A program made the position numbers and the translations under genes. Below, piece after piece: positions 12,399 through 24,700 of a DNA stretch of 64,000 bases (within the stretch, counting starts at the first letter, position 1; every line of letters begins with the position of its first letter). This DNA comes from Folioceros fuciformis (Eukaryota): positions 387,873-451,872 of the forward strand of contig JBNGIO010006303.1 in the NCBI GenBank assembly GCA_049999805.1, in the 5' to 3' direction. Under the pieces are notes generated by a model, which was given only the letters and a program-made list of their open reading frames with translations, was not told where the DNA came from and searched no databases.

Positions 12399-14318
12399 AT
12401 GGTGGTTGATGTTGGGCAGACGGCTCTTGAGGATGTGGCCACCGGGGCCGGTGCTGCCGTTTCTGTTGTGCCCTCTTCGTTGCAGAGAACTGGCGTAAGG
12501 CAGGTTATTATTGATACCGACCCTGGCATTGGTAATGTCCCGCGCTCTCTCAGTTGCAGGGCCTTGAGCGTTTCATGGGTTTGGGGATTCAGGCACTCTT
12601 GTGGACGGTTGGTTGCGGATGGTCGCGAGTTTTTTGGTGGTCACTGACGCAGTGTTTGTTACCACAGACGATGCTCTGGCAATATTTATGGTTTTGGGGT
12701 CTCCACAATTCGAGGTGATTGGTCTCACCACTGTTTTTGGAAATGTGACCACGCCCTTGGCTACCAAGAATGCTCTGTACCTGGTGCGTTGGCGTGTTTC
12801 TGACCTGCAGCCAGCATGTTGAGATGGTTCTTGGTAAGGGCAATGCGGTGCCTTTTCCTAACAGTATGTGGATTGCTGGTTTAGTGTGAAGTGGCCGGAC
12901 AAGCTGATATTCCAGTTGCAGAGGGAAGCTCGCTGCCGTTGAGGGTACGCCGTGCTGCTTCTCTGTCTCGTCCCAGTGTCTGTCAGTAGCAATTCGTGAT
13001 GGTTTTGTCAGTTTCATGTACCTTATGGCATGGAATTTGTCGTCAGGGTCCACTTCCCCCCGTCGCAGACTTCATCCACGGTACCGACGGGTTCGGGAAT
13101 CTATTTGTGGCCAATCCGAAGGGCAAGAAAATTGACAAGGAGGCCTGTGACTTTCTGGTGGAGCAAGTCAATGCGCATCCTGGCGAGGTTACCGTTGTGG
13201 CGCTTGGGCCACTGACGAACGTCGCGCTCGTGAGTGTCAGGCCACCATAGTTTTTTTTGTCATGTCGCCAGGAAGTTTGTCCAATTGTTGTGTGTGGAAT
13301 GTGAAGAAAGCTTAACGTGGATGCCATTGTTCTGCAACAGGCTATCCAGAGAGACCATTCTTTTGCCAAGAATCTGAAAGAGCTCTTTGTACTTGGTGGT
13401 GCATTTTTCTCAGCTGGTAATATGACTCCAGCAGCAGAAGCCAATGTGAGTCTCCATCTCATATGTAAACATGCCCCGATTCCTCTGTAGACGGTTGTGC
13501 TGAGAGTGATTCTGGCGGTTGGTTTCAGATCTTTGGTGATCCGGTCGCTGCTGATGCTGTGTTCACATCAGGAGCAAATATTGTGATCATCGGGATCAAC
13601 CTCACCACTCAAGTTTCGTTTTCTGGTTGGGCAAATTGCTAGCTATGGTTGTCGTGGTCCTCTTACACTTGGATATATTGCTTTAGGGTCTAGCATGACT
13701 TGATTGCCGAGAGAGCATCATCTCAACATTTATGGGCTGGTCAGAATGGTTGTTTTCTCAGTGATTATTTTGCTGACTGCACTCTTCCTTGTTTCTTCAG
13801 GTTCAGATTTGGAAGAAATAAGGGACTCCAAGAGCAGATTTGGAAAATTGGTCTACGACATGTGTGCGTTTTACAGAGATTGGCACTTGAAATCTGACAG
13901 CGTCGATGGTAATCTTGAGTTTTCTCACACCTCTCTTTACGGCTGCTAAATCAGCCAGCTTGTTTAACAGCACGCTGTGCAGGGATTTTTCTTCATGATC
14001 CAACTTGTATGGCGGCACTCATCGATCCCTCTCTCTTCACCTACAAGTCTGGGGTCGTGCGGGTGGAAACCGAAGGCATCTGCTTTGGCCACACGCTCAT
14101 GGATCAAGGGCTCAAGAAGTAAGTGTCCGAACCATCTGCCATCGAGTCCGCTATGCCGTATGATATGTTCCCGATTCTGGAGAATCATTGTGTTCTTGTT
14201 GTCAAGCAGCTGGGCATCAGAAAATCCGTGGACTAACCAACCGCAAGTAAGAGTTGGTTGGACTGTCGATGTGGAGAGGGTGAAATCACTGGTGAAGGGC
14301 TTGCTGAAGCAATCTTGA
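12399..14318 (+). CDS. Inosine/uridine-preferring nucleoside hydrolase (URH/NSH family), multi-exon
   Basis: IIDTDPGI|DDALAI catalytic motif, LTTVFGNV, ADFIHGTDGFGN, ALGPLTNVAL, GNMTPAAEAN|IFGDP, GIFLHDP; stop TGA at 14316-14318. Confidence 0.93.
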
Positions 14319-15348
14319 CTCATGCTACTGTCCAAGTCTACAGACACAAAAACAAAATGTGCAAAGTTGCCCGAGCAGCTCGTGACTGTGAAATCATAGG
14401 TTACGGAGAGTGGCATCATGCTATATGCCTGCCAGTGCTACCATTTCTCTTATAAACCGTGACATGCCGCTGTTTCCTGGCCTAACTACGTTGTTAACGT
14501 CTACCTGCTCTTCGCCACATGGGAACGAGAAGGTTAGGTCTGTCCACAGTCCTAGACTGCTGTCAATCACCTGTTTCTGAAGCCCAGAGGACTGAATCCT
14601 TTAATGAGATCATTTCAGTATTCCATCGGAGTGAACATGATGATAGAGACCTTGGCTTGCAACGGTGTAACAGCAAACCCAAAGAAGTAGTACGTCCAGA
14701 TGCTTCGCCAGACACCCCAACCCAGGTCAGTGCACGAGCAATTCACTGACATTTCTTGCTCTATCATGCAACTGCAGGTACAAGAATATTGGATTATCTA
14801 TCTATACAAAGACATGAACAAATAACTTGAAGTATTAGATCTTTAAATATTAGATGATGTAACCAAAAAAAGGTATTTTATCAGAAGTGTATAAATAAAT
14901 AAATGAACAAGCATCGTCTTCTCTTGTCTTTGCTGTTTTGGTAGAAGTATCTTAGGCTAGTGGTAGGGTTTTGTTGTCTACTAACGTGATAAAATATCAA
15001 GTTTATTAAACTATGATAAATTCTTATTATAGTCAATATTATGAAACAATTTTCACCCAACCTCAATGAATACAACAAATGGTCTTCTCATAAAAAAAGT
15101 TTGCCCGAGAGGACAAGTCATCAATATCACAAATACTTATATTTTATATACACTATACTTGTATTTTATATACATTATGCCTAAATCACTAAGTCATCAC
15201 TTAACTTCCTTAGATAATAAAATTATCATCTATCTACATCCAAAGGTAATAAAATAATAGGCTGCATAATCAACACCATTTCAACCTTTCTAATTACTTG
15301 GACCATGGATTCATCACATTAAAGTATTTTAAAAATATAATTATCTCA

Positions 15349-15517
15349 ATCTCGGTACTGTGGATAGATTAGGTTAAATCATGATTCGTATATCACTGGG
15401 AGACAAAAGCACTATATATGCAAGCACTCTGAGAATCTCGGTACTGTGGGTAGGTTAGGTTAAATCATGATTCTTATATTACCCGAGACAAAAACACTAT
15501 ATATATGCGAGCACTCT
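15349..15517 (+). promoter_or_regulatory. Tandemly duplicated ~86-bp proximal promoter unit with TATA-like box, upstream of F-box copy 1
   Basis: atctcggtactgtgg...aggttaaatcatgattc...gagacaaaa.cactatata(ta)tgc.agcactct occurs at 15349-15430 and 15435-15517; one copy lies upstream of F-box copy 2 at 18124-18206. Confidence 0.7.
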
Positions 15518-15584
15518 CACATTCGAAGGTAATCAGTTGCAAAGACCTTTAACCTACAACCGTGTCATACGTGGAATCAGCGCT

Positions 15585-17001
15585 ATGGAGCGTGCAACTA
15601 GCCTTGCTGCTGGAGAAGAGGTTGTCGCAGGCCCAAGCTGCTCCATATCGGACACGAATACGACGTAGGACATTGGATAGCCAGATGACATCATATGTTG
15701 ATCGTAGACCAGCAGATCCGGAGGAAGGGTCCCATGAGTATGGGATCAATGGCAAGGAGGCCCTGGTGCAATGGAGCCAACTGCCTGAGGATGTAGTGGG
15801 TAAGATCCAAGCTCAGCTCCCGTTGGTGAGCTTGGTTGGATCGAGCGCAGTGTCCAAGCAATGGAAGGAGGCGGTGACGTCACCCTTCTTGTTGCAGGAG
15901 AGGCTAGCATCTCGAGGAATGTCAGATCCATACATGTTGTTCATGGTAGGCTTAAACTTCCGTTCAGGCATCAAGTCTTGCGCCTATGATCCTACCTCCA
16001 ACCGTTGGTATCAGCCCCAGCGCCCGCCAGGGACAAAACGCACCTTCTTGGAAGGTACGGGACGCCGTGGGTCGCAGCCAGGAGATGTGGAGTTGCCCCC
16101 AGTGTCTGCAAGTGGCAGTGTGCTAATGTTCGTTCAGTTCAGTGAGAGGCGAGCCTCCGTGCCTTGTATTGGCAACCCCGTGGCCATGAAGAGGTCCTGG
16201 ACGTGCCTACCCGCGCGCCCAGATGACATAGACCTGCGAGACGTGCGGGGCATGTTTGTAGACGCCACAACGAAATGCTTCAAGATGGTGGCAGTAAGAG
16301 AGACTCGGGTGCATCGCGCGGATGCCAACTCCATCCCGACATACGTCTTCGATTCGAAGGTGGGGAGTTGGAGTGTGACAAGCCGTGACTTGCCGGCGGG
16401 TGGGATCTTCAATAAGCCCTCTCGTAAATGGCAGCACGGAGTGTTTGTGGGCACGGTGCTGTATTGCCTGGACCGAGACTGGAATATGTTGTGCTACGAC
16501 CTGGAGCAGGCCAGTTGGAGCGGGCTGGCCATAAACAAGCCTGCCGACTTTAACATGTACTACGGTAATTTCATGAACGTGCGTGGGCGACTGCTATGCG
16601 GGTCCGTAGGTGTGGAGTTGAATGTGGGCGAATTTTGCTTTCAGATATGGGAGTTGGATTTCAAGTGCATGACTTGGACAGTGGTGGACTAAATCCCTGC
16701 TCACATATTGTATGAATTCAGAAAGAACTGCAGTGAATGTCAACATCGAAGGTGGTTTCATTTTCTCCGGCATATGAAGATTGTGGCTGCACAAGACCAA
16801 GTTCACATTATGCAGAGCCAGTTAAACACAATCGCAGCTCTAGATTTGAGCAAGGGTCCCGCGACTTGGAGATGGCTTCCTCCCTACCCCTACGAGCGTT
16901 TCGTCGTAACCAGTGTCCATTGCGTAGACCCATGGCTGGAAATGGCAAGTTGGAACCAAATGGATGGAGTAGAGAAGATTTATACAGAGCCTGTGCAGTA
17001 A
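15585..17001 (+). pseudogene. Intronless F-box/kelch-like protein, copy 1, disrupted
   Basis: F-box 'WSQLPEDVVGKIQAQLPLVSLVGSSAVSKQW'. In-frame TAA at 16690-16692 where copy 2 has CAA, with homology continuing in the same frame to 17001. A 20-nt deletion near 15660 frameshifts the first ATG (15585). Confidence 0.8.
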
Positions 17002-18356
17002 ATGTAAGGCAAGGGATAAGGATTTTGGGTAGAACCTTCACATACACTATTCCCTAGTTAGGGTTGGTGCAATAGGGCACTACCGAAAGTCATAGTAGCA
17101 AGCTGCATGTATTGAATAGCCTTCTTGCTCATGTGTTCTTTGGAATCCAACATTTTGCTCTTTTCTCACTCTATTTTGCTACCTTCCACTTCGGGCTTCT
17201 CAACTCACAATGGTAGTTCTCTTCCATGCCTTGTGGACAAGATAGTCAAGCACCTCAGTGCAACATGCGTCAACTCAAAGAACGTTTATGTTTAACATGA
17301 CTTAATCCTAAGAATCAACATGTCATTAGAAGACATGTCCTTAAAAGCTCTTTGATTACCTAGACCTCCCATTCAGGTGTGGCGTTTGCGGGTTTTAAAG
17401 TCACCTTAAACAACATTTTTTGTTGCAATCAAGTGTAGGGGCAAGACTTTTTGATGCAGAGGTCAAAAAAGTTACGAACTTCGTTGAAGAAAGTGGAAGT
17501 TGCAGATGACCCCTTGGTAGCATACACCCCAGAGTGCAAGGAAGCAAAGTCAGATCTCGACGAGCAGGTAGGTAGGCTATTGGAAACTAGATTGGGTAGT
17601 GTTGAATCTTCTTAAGTTGGTTCTTCTCAATCCTTTCTGGTGGTTTCCTATGGTTGAGGAGGTCTCTTGGAAAGGCTAGGTAGGGTTGAAGGAAGGGTGT
17701 GGCGAGAGGCATTGTGACCCATAACGGTTTTCATCAAAGCAAAGCGTGCAAGACGATGGCTTACTTAGGATGAGCAATGCAATAGGCAATAATCTCTTGG
17801 CTATGCCTTCTACTCAATGCTAGTTTCGCCTAATGAAGAGCTGGGAACTAAAATTGAGACTTAACATCTTCCCATGGCCTCAGCGCCCGAGATGTCACAG
17901 CAAAAGGTCACAGCCTTTTGCTGACATAATTTAATAATTTTCCTTCATGAAAAAAAAACTTTGTTACATATTTATTCATTCAATCACACACTTCATTTTT
18001 ATTTTGTGCCCTTTCCGACATTATACGTTCAATTAGGGCATATGACCACCTATCCAAGGCTTGGTTACAGATTTATTCACTCCAGCACACATTACAAACG
18101 ATTTTGGACATAGGGTTGTCTTAATCTCGGTACTTTGGGTAGGATTAGGTTAAATCATAATTCTTGTATCACCGAGAGACAAAAGCAGTATATATGCGGG
18201 CACTCTCTCACACAGTTCGAAGGTAATCACAGTTGCAAAGACCTTTGACCTACAGGCGTGTCATACTTGGAATCAACACTATGGAGCGTGCAAACTAGCC
18301 TTGCTGCTGGAGAAGAGGTTGTCGCAGGCCCAAGCTGCTCCATATCGGACACGAGT

Positions 18357-19688
18357 ATGTCGTCCTCTCCAGCAAAGCGACGTAGGACATTGGACAGCCA
18401 GGGGACATCGTGTGTTGATCGTGACCCAGCAGATCCGGAGGGAGGGTCCCGTGAGGATGGAATCAAGGTACAGGACGCCGTGGTGCAATGGAGCGAGCTG
18501 CCTGAAGGTATAGTGGGTAAGATCCAAGCTCAGCTCCCGTTGGTGAGCCTGGTACGGTCCAGAGCAGTGTGCAAGCAATGGGAGGAGGCGGTGACGTCAC
18601 CCTTCTTGTTGCGGGAGAGACTAGCATCTCGAGGAGGGGTGTCAGACCCATGCATGTTGTTCGTGGTAGGCTTAAACATCCGTTCAAGCGTCAAGTCTTG
18701 CGCCTATGATCCTACCTCCAACCGTTGGTATCAGCCCCAACTCCCGCCAGGGGCAAAACGGACCTTCTTGGTAAACCCGGAACGTCGTGGGTCGCGCCCA
18801 GGAGACGTGGAGCTGCCCGTAGTGTCTGCAGGTGGCGGTGTGCTTATGTTCGTTAAGTACAGTCGGAGGCATGCCTCCGTGCCTTGCGTTGGCAATCCCG
18901 TGGCCATGAAGAGGTCCTGGATATGCCTACCCGAGGCCCCAGATGCCATGAACCTGCTACACGTGCGGGGCATGTTTGTAGACGCTACAACCAAGTGCTT
19001 CAAGATGGTGGCAGTGAGAGAGACGCGGGTGGATCGCTCGGATGCCAACACCGTCCCGACATACGTCTTCGATTCGAAGGTGTGGAATTGGAGTTTGGCA
19101 AGCCGTGGGTTGCCGGTGGCTGGTAGCTTCAACGACACCTTTCGTACACGGCAGAACGGAGTGTTTGTGGGCACGGTGCTCTATTGCCTGGACCGAAACT
19201 GGAATGTGTTGTGCTACGACCTGGAGCAGGCCAGTTGGAGCTGGCTGGAGGTAGACAAACCTGCCTCCTTTAGCATCTATTATGGTAATGTCATTACCGT
19301 GCGGGGGCGATTGCTATGCGGGACTATAGGTTTGGACTTCAAGGTGAGGGACTTTTGCCTTCAGATATGGGAGTTGGACTTCAAGTGCATGACTTGGTCA
19401 GTGGTGGAACAAATGCCTGTTCACATGTTGCATGCATTCAATAAGCACCGCACGGGAGGTCGCCCAAGGAATGTTCCTATTTACCGGAAGATGACGATTG
19501 TGGCTGGAGGAGACCAAGTTTACGTTATGCAGATGGATTTAAACACAATCGCGTCGCTAGATTTGAGCGAAAGTCCCGCGACTTGGAGATGGCTTCCTTC
19601 CTACCCCCACGAGCCTTTTATCATAAGAAGTGTTCATTGCGTAGACCCATGGCTAGAATTGGGTAGTTGGGGCCCAGATGGAGTATAG
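18357..19688 (+). CDS. Intronless F-box/kelch-like protein, copy 2 (open frame)
   Basis: F-box 'WSELPEGIVGKIQAQLPLVSLVRSRAVCKQW', then kelch-like AYDPTSNRW, VFDSKVWNW, GVFVGTVLYCL, CYDLEQASW, IWELD. First in-frame ATG is at 18357. Confidence 0.88.
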   Translation: MSSSPAKRRRTLDSQGTSCVDRDPADPEGGSREDGIKVQDAVVQWSELPEGIVGKIQAQLPLVSLVRSRAVCKQWEEAVTSPFLLRERLASRGGVSDPCMLFVVGLNIRSSVKSCAYDPTSNRWYQPQLPPGAKRTFLVNPERRGSRPGDVELPVVSAGGGVLMFVKYSRRHASVPCVGNPVAMKRSWICLPEAPDAMNLLHVRGMFVDATTKCFKMVAVRETRVDRSDANTVPTYVFDSKVWNWSLASRGLPVAGSFNDTFRTRQNGVFVGTVLYCLDRNWNVLCYDLEQASWSWLEVDKPASFSIYYGNVITVRGRLLCGTIGLDFKVRDFCLQIWELDFKCMTWSVVEQMPVHMLHAFNKHRTGGRPRNVPIYRKMTIVAGGDQVYVMQMDLNTIASLDLSESPATWRWLPSYPHEPFIIRSVHCVDPWLELGSWGPDGV

Positions 19689-20044
19689 AAGACTCATGTG
19701 GAGCCTGCATAGTATGTGCAGTGCTAGGGCTAAGGATTGCGGATAGAACCTTCACACATGCTACTCCCTTAGGGCCGGTCCCACGGGGCGCTACCGGAAA
19801 TTGTACTCGCGAACTGCATGCACTGAATGGCCTTTTTGTTCATCGTGCTCTTTGGAATCCAACATCCAACATTTTGCTTCTTCTTACTCCATGCTGCGAC
19901 CTTCCACTTCGGGCTTCTCTACTTCGCAACGATGTCGCATGTCTTCGAAGGAGCTGAACTTGAGAAGGATGAATTTGCAAGTGCCTTCCACTCAGTTTCT
20001 CACCGATTTACCCATGCTTTAAATCCCATTTCACAAGATCAGCT

Positions 20045-21724
20045 TCATGAGCTGACATACATGTTCAGCTTCCTGATCTCGTCTTCCTCCTCCTCATCCA
20101 CTACATCCTCTTTGTCTTTGGGCAGTTGCAGACGCCCACCCATGCTGAATTCTGGCGCATCAGCTTCATCTTCGCTGCTGGGCGGCTGCACGTAATCTAC
20201 TGACAGCTTACTCTTAAACTGCTGATCGCTGCACTTGAGAAACCATGGCAAGCTGCACTTGATCTTTTTATCGGTTATACGCTGGTGCCGGGGCTTCACC
20301 CTTCCCTCCAGATCATAAGTGAAGTACTCTGGGAATTCAACAATCTCCTTTGGAGGTCGCTGCATTTGTGTCAAGCAGTACTCCAAATGCGGCTTGATCA
20401 CCTGCTCCACGCTCAAGCCGAGGATGACAGGACACCGGGTCACCATCTTCCTGACATCTTGGAGGCTAAACCCTGCTTCGCTTAAAGCTGTAATCCTGGT
20501 GCCCGCAAGCGGCACGTTGATGACAAGTATTTGAGGAAGCTTTTCTAGGATCTCAACACCATCATTCTGACTTATCCCCGCGTTCTTTACTAGCCAGGAG
20601 AGCTTTGGGTTGTACTTGGCCATCACATCCAGCCCCAGGAGGTCTGGGAATCTCACCACAACATCTCCCACCACCTCCTTCCTGACACCTATCTTCAGGA
20701 GGGCATCAACAGCAGGCTTTATTTGATCTTCAAGATCAAAGCCCAACAAAAACGGCCTTGTCTCCAGAATGGTTGCAATGACACCTTTCGGAATCCCAAG
20801 ACCTATCAAATAGTCTACTTTAGGCTTGAGGTTGTTGCCCACTCTCATGCCAAGAATTTCTGGGTACTCTGTCAGCATTCCTCCCACCTCTCTCACATTC
20901 ACTCCCAGGCTGACCAGGTATGCGACAGAAGTGCTCATGGTGCCTTCAATCCTAAAACCCAAAATATCAGGATACCGAGTCAACACTTTCCCGATATCTT
21001 TGTTGTCGATGCCAAGGCCCCTGAGATAGCTCACCACTGGCTGCAAATCGATCACCACGCTAGCATGCAGCACTTGCGGATGCTTCCTGATCAAATGAGG
21101 CAGTGCAGCTCTGGTCACCCCAATGTTCTCTAAGTAGTCAAGGACAGGAATGATGTTCTTCTTCACACTGCACCCAATCATGAGAGGATAGTTGTTGATG
21201 TCATCCACTGTGAGCTCAATCTTTTTCAAAAACTTGACTCTCTCCTGCATCACCTCCAATGTGGTTGGCAGCTCCACCTCCCGCAGCTCCTTGGTGTTGG
21301 TGTCCACGCCTTCCGACTTGAGGTACGCCAACACCTGTCCCCGCCCAGACACCTCCTTCGCATACGTGTTCACCTCGCCGGCTGTGACAGAAGGCTCCGC
21401 AAACGCCGACGTTTGGGCTGAAACATCCCGCGCTGCGGCTTGCGCACAATACTTCCGCACGCCGGCCTGCTGGTAACATCTCCCAGCACACCATCCCCCT
21501 GTGCTGGCCGACTGCTGCCTCAGCGAGGGTGAGGGCACCAACTGCCTGCGCAGCAGTTCCGCACATTGCAATGCCTTCTCATCCGGAACACTCCCTGACC
21601 TTACTCTGGACAGCGTAGATTTCCGCACGCGAGGCGACTGCAGCGATTCAGAGCATAGCGAGGCAAGCAGGGAGGATGCTGCCATGCCAGGGCCGTTCTG
21701 GCACCGGGCCCCTAGGAGTTTCAT
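20045..21724 (-). CDS. Organellar mTERF protein, mTERF4/BSM-like clade, intronless
   Basis: ELPTTLEVMQERVKFL, INNYPLMIGCSVKKN, PQVLHASVVIDLQPVV, GFRIEGTMSTSVAYL, FPEYFTYDLEGRVKPRH; N-terminal transit-like peptide; acidic C-tail. Confidence 0.92.
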   Translation of the reverse strand: MKLLGARCQNGPGMAASSLLASLCSESLQSPRVRKSTLSRVRSGSVPDEKALQCAELLRRQLVPSPSLRQQSASTGGWCAGRCYQQAGVRKYCAQAAARDVSAQTSAFAEPSVTAGEVNTYAKEVSGRGQVLAYLKSEGVDTNTKELREVELPTTLEVMQERVKFLKKIELTVDDINNYPLMIGCSVKKNIIPVLDYLENIGVTRAALPHLIRKHPQVLHASVVIDLQPVVSYLRGLGIDNKDIGKVLTRYPDILGFRIEGTMSTSVAYLVSLGVNVREVGGMLTEYPEILGMRVGNNLKPKVDYLIGLGIPKGVIATILETRPFLLGFDLEDQIKPAVDALLKIGVRKEVVGDVVVRFPDLLGLDVMAKYNPKLSWLVKNAGISQNDGVEILEKLPQILVINVPLAGTRITALSEAGFSLQDVRKMVTRCPVILGLSVEQVIKPHLEYCLTQMQRPPKEIVEFPEYFTYDLEGRVKPRHQRITDKKIKCSLPWFLKCSDQQFKSKLSVDYVQPPSSEDEADAPEFSMGGRLQLPKDKEDVVDEEEEDEIRKLNMYVSS

Positions 21725-24700
21725 GCACTCTCCCGTATTCTGACCAACCACTACAAGACTCTACTTCCAGGTCTCACCAATTCCTTGAGCTCAAGATCTC
21801 CGATGGCAACAGTGTGCAATCCGGCAGCTTCTCAAGGAATCATCCGGCATCGCAAGACGACTCACAAGGCAGGCGAGCCATTTCTTGCAATGCGAGCTCT
21901 CGCAATGCGCTAAGGTTGCCCGAGGGTTTAGGGTTTTGGGGCATTAGGGCTTCATAAACCACGAGATCAGTTACTTGACCTTTCACAGTTTTTGCGAGAG
22001 CTGTGCACGAAGATGGCCGAGGTGGCCCTTCAACCTCGCATCCTTGGAATCGCTATACCCAGGATCTAGCAGAGATTTGGTACACGCGGACGAAACCCAT
22101 TTTCTACAGGAGACAGTGCTAAGGACTGAGCGCCAAGGAGTTCTCTGCTTGCGATGATTACTCACCAGCTTGCACACTTGGACGGTCCAGGGTCGATTGA
22201 GGTCACGAATCCTTCTGACTCGCAAGGATTTCCTTGTGCGGTACGCAAGTCCAGAATGGGTGACTATGTGTCGTCCTGATATCAGGCCCTCAGTGCATGC
22301 TCCGAATTTTTTTCCTCTTACACACTAACATGGACTACGCTATCGCTGCAGAAATATGTACTGTGGGGTTTCTTCTGGGTTCACGGGTTTTGATCCCTGG
22401 AAGCCTACTGTGAGGCTACATACCAATATCTGGAGCATCTGGAATGCAAAAGCAAGTGTTGCTGGTAGTTGTTATTCAGGATGTTACCGGTCGGCTTTTG
22501 TATGGATGGGGAATGGTTTGGTCATTCTCTGTATATACAGTCGCCTTGGGTTCAGCAGATTGATACATGGGTTCGTTCCGCAATATTGAATGGTGAGGAA
22601 AAGCAGGTCTCCGAGACGCAGGACTGTCGACTGACGAATCTGGAGTAAAGTCTTATTACAGAGGTAAAGGAGGATTTGTGGGCTCCCTCCCCCTTTGATG
22701 CCCTCATGAACGGGGACCCTACACCATGAGCGAGTGAGGACAGTTCTCTGGTGAATGACAAAGGATAAAGCTGCGAACAGTTGAGAGAAGTGAAAGACCA
22801 AGTCCTTGGGCCCTGGAGCACCACGTACAAGTTTTGCTGAAGTTTTCTTGTAAACCTAGTGCCGAACAGGTGTCCATCTAGCAGGGCCATCTGTCAGCTT
22901 GTTTCAATTTAGAGTATTGGCCAGCAGCGCTCAGGAGCCACGAGCGTTGTGAACATCCCGCACAGGCAGCAGGGCTGAACATGTCAGAAAGACAGGCTGA
23001 GGGTGATCCTGTGTATGAGTTATGTATGTTATATTGTACGTAGGCCAGGTACCCATAGCACTTTATAGACCAGCCAGGCCGTACCCCCGGACAGTGCCAA
23101 GTCTGCAAGTTTTTTGGGTGGATCCATGTCGTGAGCGAAGCATTAGCAAGGCACATAGGTGTGGTGGTGGAGGCATTGCCCGCCATAGACGTGGCTGCCT
23201 TCTGCATCCTGCAACATACTTGCTGATGCCGGCCTCTGGACGATACTTGGCACCCCGTGATTTCGAAACAGGCAGAAGAGACATCACAAATCCCACGAGC
23301 TTGACGCAGCGCCTGAGTTGAGTCCATTGGGGAGTGCCCGTTGCGTGAAGACAAGGGTGAGCGTAAAGAAACTTAATTCTCCCGCGACAAAGTGGGTTTT
23401 GTATGTTCTTGCATGATTGCAGTTTACGTTTGACTGGGTCCGCGGAGTCTGCAGGCTGCATGCATGGTTCAACCCCGCCCACGAGAAGTCTCGTTCCTCG
23501 CGTCTGACAGGAGGGAATCCTTCCACCTCCCTCCCTCCCTCATGGGCCATGTGGGAGTGGACTTAAGCATGTCATTTACGTACAAACTGTGCATCGTTGC
23601 AACAGTCCGTATCCCGTCTGCCAGTAGCCAGCGTCCCATGTCAAGGTGCATGGCCATGCTTCTCCTTGCCAACCACCCACACGTGCAGTCAGGCATCCAC
23701 TAAACCACTGTTTCCCTTGAGCACATTCCACTGAAGGCGTACAGGAACGCAGGAAGGGGGAGAAGAGGGACGCCTCCACAGCGCCACCCACTAATCGATA
23801 CTTATTTCCTGCAAAGATACTGAGAACTGTATCCCCAAAACATCCCTCTCCCTCCCCCGACGTGTCAGCCTCCTAGTTCAGGCCCAGGTTCAGGTCCTCC
23901 TCCAACCATAGCCCTCCAAGGCTGCTTGTCATGTGATTGTCCTACACGAGCGATAAGTATGCAGTGTATGCTACTCTCCCCCCTGACAGCGTCGTCCAAA
24001 AGCCAATGACCAGAACAACATAGAACGTGTGCAGCGCACCGACGTGATCACAGACCACGACTCATCAAGGCTCCTACCGGCAAAGGCATCTGCCGTGGCG
24101 ACTGGCCAAAATGAGCCTGCCCTGCCCGCATCCCTCAGGGACAGATGCCAATCCATGAGGTGTCGCCAGGCCTTGTAAAATATCCCACACAAAGGAGGCG
24201 TTGAGGAGCAAGATATCTTCAGGCCCTTCGCCTACGAGGATTGCCGACGTCAAGAAGTTGAAGATATGTTCCGGTCTCCTCTGTCCATTCATGCATGCCA
24301 TTGGTTGAATCCAGCAGGCCCCGGGATCCCGTTAACGGCTGCCTAAACGGTGGGCTTGCCCACAGCAAATATCACACCTGTCCCCGACCGTTACAGACCT
24401 CGTCGTCGAGTGGTAAGTCATGACACACCCACCAGCTTAACCAACTCGTGGGTTACTCATTACGTAGCTAGCCAATCACCTAACCACATAATTAGGGCCA
24501 GGGACTAGCTATCCGGGCATTTAGGGTACATACTCCTTAAATGTAGGACTTTCGTGAAATGCAACCTTCCCTTCCCCGGAGTTGAGGGATGTTTTTCCTT
24601 ATGTTTTGGAGTGCACGAGACGTCTTCAATATATGATGAATATATGTATATATAATAATAATTAAAAATATATAAATTTTGTTGCTCTTGAGTTCTTTCT

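Noticed and set aside
16690-16692. TAA at a CAA position as a U-to-C RNA-editing site
   Set aside because: Reverse editing in hornworts and ferns is organellar; this is a nuclear gene, and a C-to-T mutation explains it.
17205-18120. Spacer between F-box copies with a gag-like 'PWEDVKSQF' on the minus strand
   Set aside because: Too short and stop-ridden to support a retroelement call.
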